DNA of 46,466 nucleotides, taken from NCBI RefSeq assembly GCF_001194135.2, contig NC_068997.1, positions 14,697,716-14,744,181 on the forward strand, read 5' to 3'. This stretch comes from Octopus bimaculoides (lineage: Eukaryota). The position numbers and the translations under genes were made by a program. How positions within the stretch are numbered: the first letter of the stretch is position 1; every line of letters begins with the position of its first letter. Below are positions 11,181-23,590 of the stretch, in pieces. A model generated the notes under the pieces. That model was not told the DNA's origin and ran no database searches. It was given only the letters and a program-made list of their open reading frames with translations.

Positions 11181-12179
11181 TGATTATTCTACTTACCACA
11201 CAGCCACTCCTATACATATTTTGTACTTCATGTATCTAACCTGTCTTATTTATTGATCTCTCTAAATTGCTTATCTCCATATTTGCCTCTGTACCTGTTC
11301 AAGTTTGACTATTTAGAGCACTGCTAACTATATTCTAAACAAAGAACATCTGGATCTCGTCTATGAACTGGATGCATGTACATATATATAATAATTACTT
11401 CCAGTTCATCACCCAGTGTTTAGACATAGCAGTATAGCAACAATCCTTTCTCTTCTCCCAACCATTGTCACCACCAACACCACCACACTGTATCTGATCT
11501 GTTACAAACAGATCATCACAAACACCACAATCACATGTGCAAGGGTTGCATTCCCAGCATCAACTAAGGCAATGCATTACATTCCTACCACTATAAAACA
11601 CACTTCAGCCACCACCACCACCATCGCCACCGCCATCACTAATGCAGTACTTTTTCTCAGCGTGAATGAGAAAGTTGCTGAAGCGTATTGTCATAATATA
11701 AGCTTTGTTCAATGACTTACACTAAATTGGCTTCAAGGAATCTTAACATGCTAACACATCACAGTGGTATTGGCATTGGTGGTGCTGGTGGCAGTGGCAA
11801 CAGTGACCGTGGTGGTGGTGGTGGTGGTGGTTGTGGTGGAAATGTTTGTTGTAGTGCTGGTGGAGGTTTTGATAGTGGTAAAGATAGAAGTGTTACATGC
11901 CAATAGAAGTGGTTCTCACAGGTGATAGTACTGGAGTGGACTTACTAGTGATATTAGTAGTTCTATTAGCACATTCTCTCTCTCTCTGTCTTGCTATGCA
12001 TATATANNNNNNNNNNNNNNNNNNNNNNNNNNNNNNNNNNNNNNNNNNNNNNNNNNNNNNNNNNNNNNNNNNNNNNNNNNNNNNNNNNNNNNNNNNNNNN
12101 NNNNNNNNNNNNNNNNNNNNNNNNNNNNNNNNNNNNNNNNNNNNNNNNNNNNNNNNNNNNNNNNNNTATATATATATAT

Positions 12180-12500
12180 ATTCTTTTATTTGCTTCAGTG
12201 ATTTGACTGTGGCCATGCTGGAGCACTGCCTTTAGTCGAACTAATTGACCCCAAGACTTATTCCTTGTAAGCCTAGTACTTATTCTATCAGTCTCTTTTG
12301 CCAAACCACTAGGTTACGGGGACATAGACGTGCCACGTATATACAGTGGGCTTCAATCAGTTTCCAACTACCAAATCCACTCACAAGGCTTTGGTTGGCC
12401 CGAGGCTATAGCAGAAGACACTTGCCCAAGGTGTCACACAATGGGACTGAACTCGGAACCATGTGACTGGTAAGCAAGATACTTACCACATAGCCACACT
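12180..12500 (-). mobile_element. Near full-length SINE family B (tRNA-like head at about 12400-12500)
   Basis: Reverse complement of 27887-28285, including the GGTTCCGAGTTCAGTCCC B-box-like region. Confidence 0.85.
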
Positions 12501-12739
12501 CTTGCACCTTGGTTACTATTTTATTCGTGTGGGCCCTCATAGCCATTCAATGTCTTTAAAGTTCCTATTATATTTTTATAATTAAATTTTATTAGGAATT
12601 GCATAAAAAATTGTTAAAATATTTTGTGCATTCTAGAAGTATAATGAGTTAATTAGATGTAAATTTTAACAATAAAATCTTTTATGGATCCCTAAAGTCA
12701 CATGGACACTGGTTGAGAACCATTTGCCTATGATTATGA

Positions 12740-12781
12740 TGATGATAAATATGGTCATAACCAGAATGTAAACACCACAAG

Positions 12782-12825
<44 letters not shown>

Positions 12826-13572
12826 GCATTCCCCTCATAAATTAAATCCTTTTAGTCCACTTCCAGGTTTAGGTAAGAAGGTTGTGATTTGAAAACAATT
12901 CAGCTGTTGTTTCTGTTGTAGATCAAATGGCCTAATAGTTGTGGTATTAAAAGCAACGGAGAACCCTCTTAGTTTTTGAGGCCACAAAAGAAGGGTTGAA
13001 CTAATGGTGGTTGAGACTGTGGTGAAACTGGCAGAGTCATATAAGCTTGGGTTGAACCCTTTACTCCAAGTTTACTTTACCTTTCAGCCTTGCATCAGTG
13101 ATACAATAAGCACCACACACACACGTAGTCAGTGTCATCTTAAGGCTTGGAAACACTGGTCACTTAACTAGGGGCCCCACAGGGCTAGAGCACCCAATGC
13201 AAGTCTATGTACGCTGTGGTTGTGTTTATAATGGGCCCGTACGACCTTGTTTTTCCTGGGAGATGGGGAGGTGGCTATAATGCTGATAAAGTGTTCCCTC
13301 TCGTAGTACTTGTCCAAATATAATTACCTAATGCTTTTGAAAGCAGTGACCCGACACGGCTGCAGTTCAATAACTGTGACCAGTAAATGAGGATGATGAT
13401 GATGTAGATGATGTTGATGATGACGACTACGGTGACGATGACAGCGATGACTGTGATGACGATGACAAAGATGATTCATAATCAGAATGCAAACACCACA
13501 GGGCACACACACAAGCAAACACAAGCACACACACTCACACACACATACACACACACATTCCCCTCATAAATT
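12740..13572 (+). repeat. Pair of about 100-bp direct repeats (12740-12846 and 13460-13572)
   Basis: Both read GATGA...CATAA(C/T)CAGAATG(T/C)AAACACCACA..(CA)n..ATTCCCCTCATAAATTA. Confidence 0.8.
13130..13300. mobile_element. Degenerate hAT-like MITE
   Basis: Starts CAGTGTCATCTTAAG, has internal GGGGCCCC and GGGCCCGTACGACCTTG motifs and a decayed opposite end. Family assignment is from recall of hAT MITE ends. Confidence 0.4.
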
Positions 13573-14040
13573 ATGAAAGTAAAAGACTAGCGTAAATTTT
13601 GTATTAGAGCATATATTCTTTACAACAATGCCAAAATTTTCATCATGTTTGGCTCAGGAAATCTAACTAAAAACATTTATTTCAATATCTAAAATTATGA
13701 GATGTGGTTATTAAGTTATTAACTTTATAATTTTCCATGCTATTAACCTCATCTCATATTTGCAATATTTATATTTACATAACATTTCAATTGGCTTACT
13801 CTCTGATCATCATCAGGTGTTTTATTCTTGCTTATGTAAATGGTCCCAGAGGTTAAACTGATTGAAACATGGCGTAAATATAAACATAGTAAATGTAGTC
13901 GGTCTAATGATAAAATTAACAGTCAATAAAATTATCTTCAAACCTGTTTTGTGTAGATGCTTTTGACAAGAATTCTTGTTTATCATATTTTTGTTATGTA
14001 TTTAAAAAAATTCTCAGTAAACAAAGACTTGTGTCTAAGT

Positions 14041-14081
<41 letters not shown>

Positions 14082-14523
14082 NNNNNNNNNNNNNNNNNNN
14101 NNNNNNNNNNNNNNNNNNNNNNNNNNNNNNNNNNNNNNNNNNNNNNNNNNNNNNNNNNNNNNNNNNNNNNNNNNNNNNNNNNNNNNNNNNNNNNNNNNNN
14201 NNNNNNNNNNNNNNNNNNNNNNNNNNNNNNNNNNNNNNNNNNNNNNNNNNNNNNNNNNNNNNNNNNNNNNNNNNNNNNNNNNNNNNNNNNNNNNNNNNNN
14301 NNNNNNNNNNNNNNNNNNNNNNNNNNNNNNNNNNNNNNNNNNNNNNNNNNNNNNNNNNNNNNNNNNNNNNNNNNNNNNNNNNNNNNNNNNNNNNNNNNNN
14401 NNNNNNNNNNNNNNNNNNNNNNNNNNNNNNNNNNNNNNNNNNNNNNNNNNNNNNNNNNNNNNNNNNNNNNNNNNNNNNNNNNNNNNNNNNNNNNNNNNNN
14501 NNNNNNNNNNNNNNNNNNNNNAT

Positions 14524-14594
<71 letters not shown>

Positions 14595-15231
14595 CGTACG
14601 TATATAGATGTATCCATTTATCTATAAATGTGTATGTGCGTGTGTAATATATTTCACAAGCCTTTATACATATGAGAATAAGAATTATTGATAAATGTAG
14701 TTTGTTAAATCATTTATTGGAAATTTAACAAAAATTAAAATGGCTAAAATCACAATGTATAAAAAACATAAACACAAACAAACATCTAATCACTTGCATT
14801 GTACTCCATTGAAGTTTTTGCCTTTTCCAATTCGTCCTTTTCATTTGGTAAAATTTCATTGAATTTCAAACAATCTTGAAATTAAAAATACACGAATAAT
14901 GGCATTGATTGTGGTAACAACCAGTCTGTTTCTTTCCTCAGATCATTGAGTACCAATCAAAGGAAATATTCTTCTTCCACAATCTGTGTTGCTTTAATTC
15001 AAAGCTGTACTTTTCTAAAAAGCTAACTGATTTGTTGAAAGCAAAAATCTCGAGAAAAAAGAAAACAAAAAACAACAACAAACAACAAAGAAACACATGT
15101 GAAAATAATAAACAGGAAAATATTTACGGAAATTTATTTTTGAAATAAAAGTATAACCGAAAGAACTGGGACAAATGTTTGCCACAAATTATTCTTTTGG
15201 GACACCAAGGCTTTTGTTTAAAACTGGGACA

Positions 15232-15425
15232 TCATCATCAGCATCATCATTTAACGTCCACTTTCCATGCTAGCATGGTTTGGACGATTTGACTGAGGAC
15301 TGGTGAACCAGGTGGCTACACCAGGCTCCAATCTGATTTGGCAGAGTTTCTACAGTTGTATGCCCTTCCTAACGCTAACCACTCTGAGAGTGTAGTGGGT
15401 GCTTTTACGTGCCACCGGCACAAAG
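15232..15425 (-). mobile_element. SINE family A copy
   Basis: TTTAACGTCCACTTTCCATGCTAGCATGG...TTTTACGTGCCACCGGCAC. Confidence 0.9.
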
Positions 15426-15680
15426 GCCAAATCCCAAAAATATGCAATGTTTGGATACTTCATTATAGGTGCAAAAATAATTTGTTGGCCTACCTTATAT
15501 CAAATTTCTTTTATCAATTGTCTTTTATTTGTTTTAAAGCCTGGTACTTATTTTATTGGTCTATCTTGCTGACCTGCTAAGTTACAGCACAAGTTGTGAA
15601 GTGGTGGTAGCGGACAAACATAGACACAAAAACACACACACATTGATATATATACATATATACATTCATATATATCTATA

Positions 15681-15716
<36 letters not shown>

Positions 15717-15726
15717 NNNNNNNNNN

Positions 15727-15764
<38 letters not shown>

Positions 15765-16079
15765 AAGAAAGTTACGGGTTGCGAATCCAACCCACTAAGG
15801 GATAATATCTATCCAATATACTGCTGGAAGAATACCCAATTATTATTACACTAGTGTTTTTTCATTGCACGGCAATTACATTACCAAGTGCAATAAATCC
15901 CATTTTCTCTCACTGTAAGTCATTTTTATAATTACTGATATGACATAATATGTCATATGTGTCTGTATATTGTTATTATTGTGCTTTTAGTAAACAAATA
16001 AACAAGTAAATTGACACAATACAATGTCTGCAAGTTGATGAATACCACCTATTCCCCTCCATTTTCTTATTACTATATA

Positions 16080-16115
<36 letters not shown>

Positions 16116-18066
16116 NNNNNNNNNNNNNNNNNNNNNNNNNNNNNNNNNNNNNNNNNNNNNNNNNNNNNNNNNNNNNNNNNNNNNNNNNNNNNNNNNNNNN
16201 NNNNNNNNNNNNNNNNNNNNNNNNNNNNNNNNNNNNNNNNNNNNNNNNNNNNNNNNNNNNNNNNNNNNNNNNNNNNNNNNNNNNNNNNNNNNNNNNNNNN
16301 NNNNNNNNNNNNNNNNNNNNNNNNNNNNNNNNNNNNNNNNNATATATATATATAGACAGATAGACAGATAGATATTATTTCATTGCTAATAGTACAGCAA
16401 CACCCCCAGAAAACACCTGCAAACTTGTCTTCATAAATAGATTCCTAGGATAATATCCTCTAAGTGACATCCATCCATGTGCAATGTAGCTTCAGTGGAA
16501 CACCTATACTATAACCATTGCTACTCTCATAACAATAACTAACACTTGCACACAAGTTTATCTTATTAAGCTATAAGACTATTCAACACCACTGTTAAGA
16601 ACTCTCATATAGCTGGTCTACTTTAACACTAATGGAAGCAAAACGTCCCTTGAACTCATATAACTGTTATAATGAAATAGCTGACAAAAGACACTCTTAC
16701 ATAAATTGTCTGATCTCTTCCAGCCTATGGCATTTGTGACATTTGGAGGGACTGGCCTACTAACGGTGGAGCTCTTGTCATCGTTGGCAGCTCACTTTAA
16801 CAAGGTGCTTGGTTTTTCTAAAGTCTTAAGCTTAAGGGTGCTTGGTTTTTCTCATGTCTTGGCCTCACCATCACCCATGGTAATGCCATGAGTGCTTTGG
16901 CTTGCTTCAGCATATTCTGTGGAACCCTGTGGTGTGTGACCAACTGAGGCATTTGGTTCTGCATTGATGTTTTTTTTCTTCCTCCATTTTGTTTTTTGTT
17001 TTTAGTTTTTCTTTTGTAAAATATATTCTTTTTCACTGAATTATTGCAAATTGTGACAATTATTTTGTAGCTCCCAACATTGGAGCAAGCCTGTCAGATG
17101 CTGCAGATAGAAAAACAGTGGAGTAATCTCTATTCTATTTAAACTACTACGATGTTTAAACTAAGATTTGCAAATGCATGTACACACATGTACTTCATCA
17201 TTGGATGTTTCTTTCTCATTAAAGACAGCTATTTCTTTACAAAAGAAATAAAGCACATGTAGGATGAGATTATGCGAGTGAGTGACAATCATGCACTTCT
17301 CAAAGGCATGTCGGTAGTGTTTAAATGACTTGAAACGAATCTTATGGGGAAATGAAATTGGATTTCAGATTTCTTGCTCCGGAATCTTCTTTCTACTTTA
17401 ACCACCCTTGCATTTTCCTATCATTATACTTATCAAGATATCAGCTTTCCATCTACTTTTACAAACCTCACACGCGCGCACGCACACACACACGCGCGCA
17501 CGCACGCACACACGCGCGCACGCACACACACACACGCATTTACAAAGAAGCTTACAAATCTTGCATTTCTTAAATTTATTCTATCAGTTCTATCTCTGAG
17601 ACAAAATTATTATTCTAGAGAATTCCTGACTGAAGCTACTATTACTTGGACAAATGACACTTTGGTTATTAAGTCTGTAACATGATTTCCATGGCAGTTC
17701 ATCTAAATCTCACTAACACCTTGAGCCGACAACTCAGATGTAACTTTGTTGTTCTCCTCTTCTAGATTTCAAAACATGGCACTAACTAGATTACACAGAA
17801 TTTATTCTGATCGGAAATTACAAAACAATGGCTACTATCCCTTTATATATCTGTCTACCTATCTTTGGTAATATATATGTATGTGTGTGTGTATGCATGC
17901 ATGTATGCACACACATATATACATACATGTATATGTGTGTGCCTACATACATAGAGACACTATATAGAGGTGGATTTATCTATATCTGTTAATCAATCAA
18001 TGTCTTTAATACATGCATATGTGTGCGTGAGTGTGCGCGCGTGTGTGTGTGTACATATATACGTGC

Positions 18067-18145
<79 letters not shown>

Positions 18146-19684
18146 TTATCATTTATATATATATATGCATGTATAGAGAGAGAGAGAGAGAGAGAGAGAA
18201 TGAGAATTACAGGAACAGATTTATACATAGGTGTATGCCTGTGTGTGTGTGCGTGAGTGTGTGAGTAGTTTGTGCTTTCTCACCCACCCCACCCCTGTTT
18301 TTTTTTTTCCTTTCACTAATTCAACCAATATACAGTAGAGTGTAATTAACTTAAAGTTCTTCCATCACTATTTGGAATTAAGCTGAACCGAAGCAGGCTT
18401 CCTTACTATCAGACATGTCAGTGGCTTGATGTACTTTAAACAGAGAGCAAAACAAGCCTCTTCAAAAATTGCCTTGGTGTTGATGTTTATTTGTATTTTT
18501 TTCTTTACAATGGTAGAGAAAATTATTTGGCAGTACTTGTTAATTTTCACCTTGGAAATCTCTTGTAGTCTTCTTCACTGTTTTCTCATAAACTTCATCA
18601 GAACTGAGGAAGCCAAATATAAAGTTCCGCTAATCCTGATTTCCAACTAACTTCTTGATTATTATCCATAACATGTTGAAGCAGCAGCAGCAGCTACAAC
18701 AGCAACAACATTTAGCAGTCATGGCAGAATTAGTAGTAGCGAATGTTGTTGTTGTTGTTGTTGTTGTTGTTCTTGTTGTTGATAATGTTGTTATGGAGGT
18801 GATGGTGTTTGCGGTGATGGTAGTGACTCTATGAACAATCTTTCTCCACCAACCACCCTGGTGTCTCTACGTCTTCAGCAAATGTATTATCTTCGATTAG
18901 ATCCATTGAGAATTATTGTATCTTCCTTAAACATCTAACTTGTCCGTTACAAGCAACAAAGAATCCTTATTAGAACCATGCACTATTTATAATGAAACAA
19001 ATTGATGCAGACTGTCGCAACTCATTAGGAATTCTATGGTCAAGCAATCGTAATATGTTTGGTGTCAGTCTTTTCACATTGTTATTGTCAACCTCTCAGG
19101 CTGTTTTTATATATTTGCACACCGACTGTCATTAGTTTTATGCTGTCAACTAATTAACATCGTGCATTTTGATTCACCGTTATAGTTTGAGTAATGAGCA
19201 ATTGATTAATTTTCAAATCATATATCTGATTTACAGCTATTACTTTACCAATGATCATCTAATTAAATGCAAATGTCAGAAGCTTGGTCATCAGTAAGGT
19301 AGATTAACTAATTGTTGTCACTTGCATTTTCTTTCTTCTCTTTTCTTTCTGGCAGCTGTTAGTTTAGTAATGGCTAACTAATTAATACACCATACGTAAT
19401 ACCTTGTTATTCGTGAAGTTATTGTCAACTGTACAACATTAACATCTGTTTCATAGGTATAAGTTTTGTTCTTGACTGCATTTTCAGGCAATGGTTTGCT
19501 GTTGGTAAGCAGATATTGTATGTCTAAGTTATAGATTAATAGTGGTTAATTAATTAATACTTTCTTCACAGTTATTAGTTTAAAATTGTCTAAATAATTA
19601 ACATTTCATACATCATTTAATGATATCTTTACATTCTTCCTGGCAGCTGTTAGTTTAATTAATTGGCTAACTAATTAATTCTTC

Positions 19685-19860
19685 CTAATTTTGGCACAAG
19701 ACCAGAAATTTTGAGGAGAGGAGGAGGAAGTCGATTGCATTGATCCTAGTATTCAACTGGTACTTACTTTGTTAGCGCCAAAAAGCAATGATGGACTTGG
19801 AGACATTTGAACACAGAACTTAACGAGCCAGAAAAAAGTAGCACTAAACATTCTGCTCAA
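19685..19860 (-). mobile_element. SINE family D copy, diverged
   Basis: Homologous to 21261-21479 (TTTTGGCACAAGACCAG...TCAACTGGTACTTA...TTTGAAC). Confidence 0.75.
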
Positions 19861-20114
19861 TATGGTTACTGAATTTTCGAGTATACAAGTTGACATAATA
19901 TACAGTGTAATTATTTATTGTAAAGATTCAAATATTATCATTATTTTTCTAAATCCTGAAGTATTTCACATGGAATGGTTTTGGTTCCCTGAAGTTACCA
20001 TGGTGTGTCAGTCAATCTACTTTCTTTGGTTCTAAATTTTAGACTGAAAAGTTTGATTGGTATATCAGAACATATGGTATTGTCAACTATATAGTGTTAA
20101 CACCCTTTTCATTG

Positions 20115-20440
20115 TGAAGTTGCATGGCTTAGTGGTTTGGGTATCCAACTCCCAGTCGTAAGGTCATGAGTTCAATTCCTGGTGCCACATTTTATCCTTG
20201 AACAAGACACTTTATTTCACACTACTCCAGTACACTCAGCTGACGAAAATGAGCAGTACCTATTTCAAAGGGCCAGCCTTGTCACACTTTGTTTCACACT
20301 GAATCTCCCTGAGATCTACATTAAAGGTACCCATGTCTGTAGAGTACTCAGCCACTTACACATTAATTTCACAAGCAAGCTGTTCCATTGATCAGATCAA
20401 CTGGAACCCACATCGTAATAACCAATTGAATGCCAGAACA
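20115..20440 (+). mobile_element. tRNA-derived SINE family C with clear Pol III boxes
   Basis: A box TGGCTTAGTGG at 20125-20135; B box GAGTTCAATTCC at 20168-20179; CORE-like CCTTGAACAAGACACTTTATTTCAC follows. Confidence 0.85.
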
Positions 20441-20944
20441 TCCATTTCATAGGTGAAAGTAGTTGATCTTGATATCATTTTTGTCATTGGTTTTAATATA
20501 TGTTTATAAATATCTTATAGTTTAATAGTTAATTAACTAATACCTTGTTCACAATCATTAGTTTTAAAAATTGCTCGAATAATTAACATTTCACATATTA
20601 TTTAAAAACTTCTTGTTCTATTCCATAGCAGTCACTTCGTGCATAAATGTTGAATTAGTAATGTTCATTTGGAAACAGACTGCATTTATAAACGGCCATC
20701 ATTTTAGTAATGTTTAGCTGTCCAATACCTCATTCATAGCAAGTTTCCCAAACCTTATTACTCAATGTCAGTAGTACTCAAATGTAATATGGACCTTATC
20801 TGGTCGAGTAGGAGTTAACAGCCTAACACCTGAATTAAACCACTCAATGCAATCTCTCTCATTCCATCTGGCACAATGCCACCCCACTCAGTACTGCATC
20901 CCTATTCTGTGAAGGAATCTTGTATTACAATGTTATTTGGTGAC

Positions 20945-21125
20945 CCCACTAGCACTAATGGCCTGAAAAAAAAGCACCCAGTACACTCTGTAAAGGGATC
21001 AGTATTAAGAAGGGCACCCAGTTACAGAAACCTTGCCAAAGTAAACAGTTGAGACCAACACTGCTCCTAGGCTGCCCTTATCAAAGCAGCCAACCCATAT
21101 CAGCATGCAAAATGGACGTTAAGGA
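20945..21125 (+). mobile_element. Old, diverged SINE family A copy
   Basis: AAAAAGCACCCAGTACACTCTG...TAAGAAGGGCACCCAG...CAGCATGCAAAATGGACGTTAAGG. Confidence 0.65.
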
Positions 21126-21242
21126 ATAACAACAGTGATGAGTTTGGTATTGATCATATTCACTATATCACATTCAATTATTAGTTTAATGATGATCAAA
21201 TGTCTCACTTCTTGTCTTATTACACACAGTTGTCAGTAATGA

Positions 21243-21497
21243 CCAAGATTTAACAATAATGGTTCCAAATTTTGACAAAAGACCAGCAATTTTAGAGGAA
21301 AGGGTAAATCAATTACATCAACCCCAGTGATCAACTGGTACTTATTTTATCAACCCCAAACGAATTAAAGGCAAGACGACTTCAGTGGAATTTGAACTCT
21401 GAATTTAAAAAAACAGATGAAATGCTGTTAAGCGTTTTGCCCACCAACCATGTTAACGGTTCTGCCAGCTTACCACCTCCCAAGATTTAACAATAAT
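21243..21497 (-). mobile_element. SINE family D (21261-21479) with a perfect 18-bp target-site duplication
   Basis: CCAAGATTTAACAATAAT at 21243-21260 and 21480-21497. The - strand carries GAGTTCAAATTCC (B box). Confidence 0.9.
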
Positions 21498-21921
21498 AAG
21501 AACTGTTCTTCACAGATGAGAAGCAAATTGCTCAAACTCATTATGTATCGAAGTAATAGCTCATACCTCGTAACTTCAAATACACTGCAGGTGTTTTAAC
21601 ATCTTTGTAGGCAGATATTTTTTATTCCACATTGGTTTAAATTACATACTATTGAAAATTAATACAAGATCATATGAGCATTACTACATGTGACAGATTA
21701 GATTCTTGAAGCAATTTATCTGATATCTATGTAACATCAAGGAACAGGAATTAATCATTGGCTCTTAAAAGACTTTAGAAAACTTTGTATTTACTTCATT
21801 GCAAGTATTAAAAATGATCTTTTTAATTAGTCTGAGAGTAATTAAGAGGAGGCAATTTTAATTTATTTTTAAACCTTCCTTCCTTCATTTCTTCCTCGAC
21901 TGAAGAATGCACATCCTGTAG

Positions 21922-21960
21922 CATGATAATCTTAGGCTAAATAACAAAGCCAATCCTCAG
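21922..21960 (+). other. Candidate 39-nt exon (HDNLRLNNKANPQ, phase 0/0)
   Basis: cctgtag acceptor, CAG|gtgagc donor, one open frame. No protein homology recognised. Confidence 0.2.
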
Positions 21961-22045
21961 GTGAGCTGTTTTGCTAATTAGCCATTGTATTTTCAGTCTG
22001 TTCAGTCTTAGTCAACAATCTGAAATGAAAAAGATTGTAATTTCA

Positions 22046-22166
22046 CTGACTTGTCAATGACAGAGGCTCTGCCACTCTGACTTGTCAATGACAGAGGCTC
22101 TGTCACTCTGACTTGTCAATAAACAGACTCTGTTACACTGATTTGTCAATGACAGACTCTGACATG
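22046..22166. repeat. Minisatellite of about 31 bp x4 built from TGAC/GTCA palindromes
   Basis: Units CTGACTTGTCAATGACAGAGGCTCTG(C/T)CACT start at 22046, 22077, 22108 and 22138; the last two are diverged. Confidence 0.9.
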
Positions 22167-23439
22167 TTAATGACATGTTAACATGAAATCTGAAGCGTTC
22201 AGTGGTGACTTAATGTTCAGGGGGAAAAAAATAAAGTTCAAAATATAAATAACTTAATGAGTTAATATTCATTTTGAACAGCTGCACTTTTGAACCAGAA
22301 AGGAAAATGTACAAGGAGCATTAAGTCTGAAATTGTGTAATTTTGAGAGGTAGTAGTTTGGGGAGTGTTCATTTTGAGATATGTGGTATGAAGCAGCAGC
22401 AGCAGCAGCAGTAGCAGTGATGATGAAAGAAGCTACATTTGCATTGAATATGTTTGAACAGGAAGAGAAAATCAGAAAAGCAAAGAAAGTTGAAACAGTC
22501 AGTAGGAAAAAAAAGACTACAATCAGAAATACATGTCAACAATCAAGTATAGGTTATAATGTTGATAAGTAAAGGCTGTTTTATTGCCCAGATCTAAGAG
22601 CAATGGTTCTAAATTTAGGAGAAGTGCTCTAGTACATAGCATACTTAAACTATGCAGTAAACAAATGCACAACGCTGATGTTTTTACATGCTCTGAAATA
22701 AAAACTAATATTTTTTATGCAGTTGTAGCTTTATCAATAAATATATCCTCTATAGCAGTTGTCATGCGAGGAATATTTACTTTGGCTGTTCTTCAAAATT
22801 GAGAGTAAGGACGAATCAAAAATTGCGAGCTTGTTTCCTTGGTTAATGCATTGTCAGCATAGGGTAAATGAGCCTCAGTGATTGAATTCTCTTTGTAAAA
22901 ACTTAAGAAATCTGAAGAGGTTGGTCAATTTGGGAAACTTCTGGAATTATTCATAATCTCATAGATAGAAGTTTTCTCTTATTGAATATTTTAAAAAAAT
23001 GCAAGGGAAATCTATAACAGATGAGTCATTGAATAGGCAAGAAACTTGAGAATTATGTGGAGATAAACCAAAATATTGACATGTTCAGGCGTTCTTGCAA
23101 TAAGAGAAATTATCATAACCTTATAATCAGGATTCAAAATTATACTACACTGTAACTTGAGATCACATTCACAAGAACTAATCACAGATTTAAGTTATCT
23201 CATCTCTGATATCAAAACTAAGCCTATATTATTGTACGGTGTATTTTGTAGGAATAGGATCCTGTAACAGCAGTGAAAAAACAAAGAAAGAATTTATTTC
23301 ACAAAAAATATCTATCGTATATATTAGATGTTGAAAGTGACATTGTCTGTTCTAGGTTTACTGATAGGGTTTGTGGGTTTGCCTAGCAGAATCTTTCAAT
23401 TTAATTCCATGCTGCACATGCATACACACATGCACACAC

Positions 23440-23590
23440 ATACAGATCACTCTCTTTTGCCAGCTGAGCAAACTGATGCAATGAGAAATGAAGTGCTTTG
23501 CTCAAGAACACAATGCATTGCCCAGTCCAGGAACTGAACCCACAACCTTATGAACATGAGTGCAACACCCTAACCACAAAACCACATGTA
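23440..23590 (-). mobile_element. SINE family C 5' half
   Basis: Reverse complement of 8975-9090 (GCCAGCTGAG...TTGCTCAAGAACACAATGCATTG). Confidence 0.8.

Noticed and set aside
17071-17850. Acceptor-like sites at 17070 and 17765 followed by short open frames
   Set aside because: No convincing donor and no recognisable peptide.
18368-18940. ORF-like stretches around the (GTT)/(CAG) repeats
   Set aside because: Frames are short and stop-ridden, low complexity, with no recognisable family.
20115-20190. tRNA gene
   Set aside because: A and B boxes are present but there is no cloverleaf, and it continues into a repeated SINE body, so it is a SINE head.
22046-22166. CRISPR-like appearance (about 31-bp palindromic direct repeats)
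   Set aside because: The units are contiguous with no unique spacers, there are no cas genes and the context is eukaryotic.
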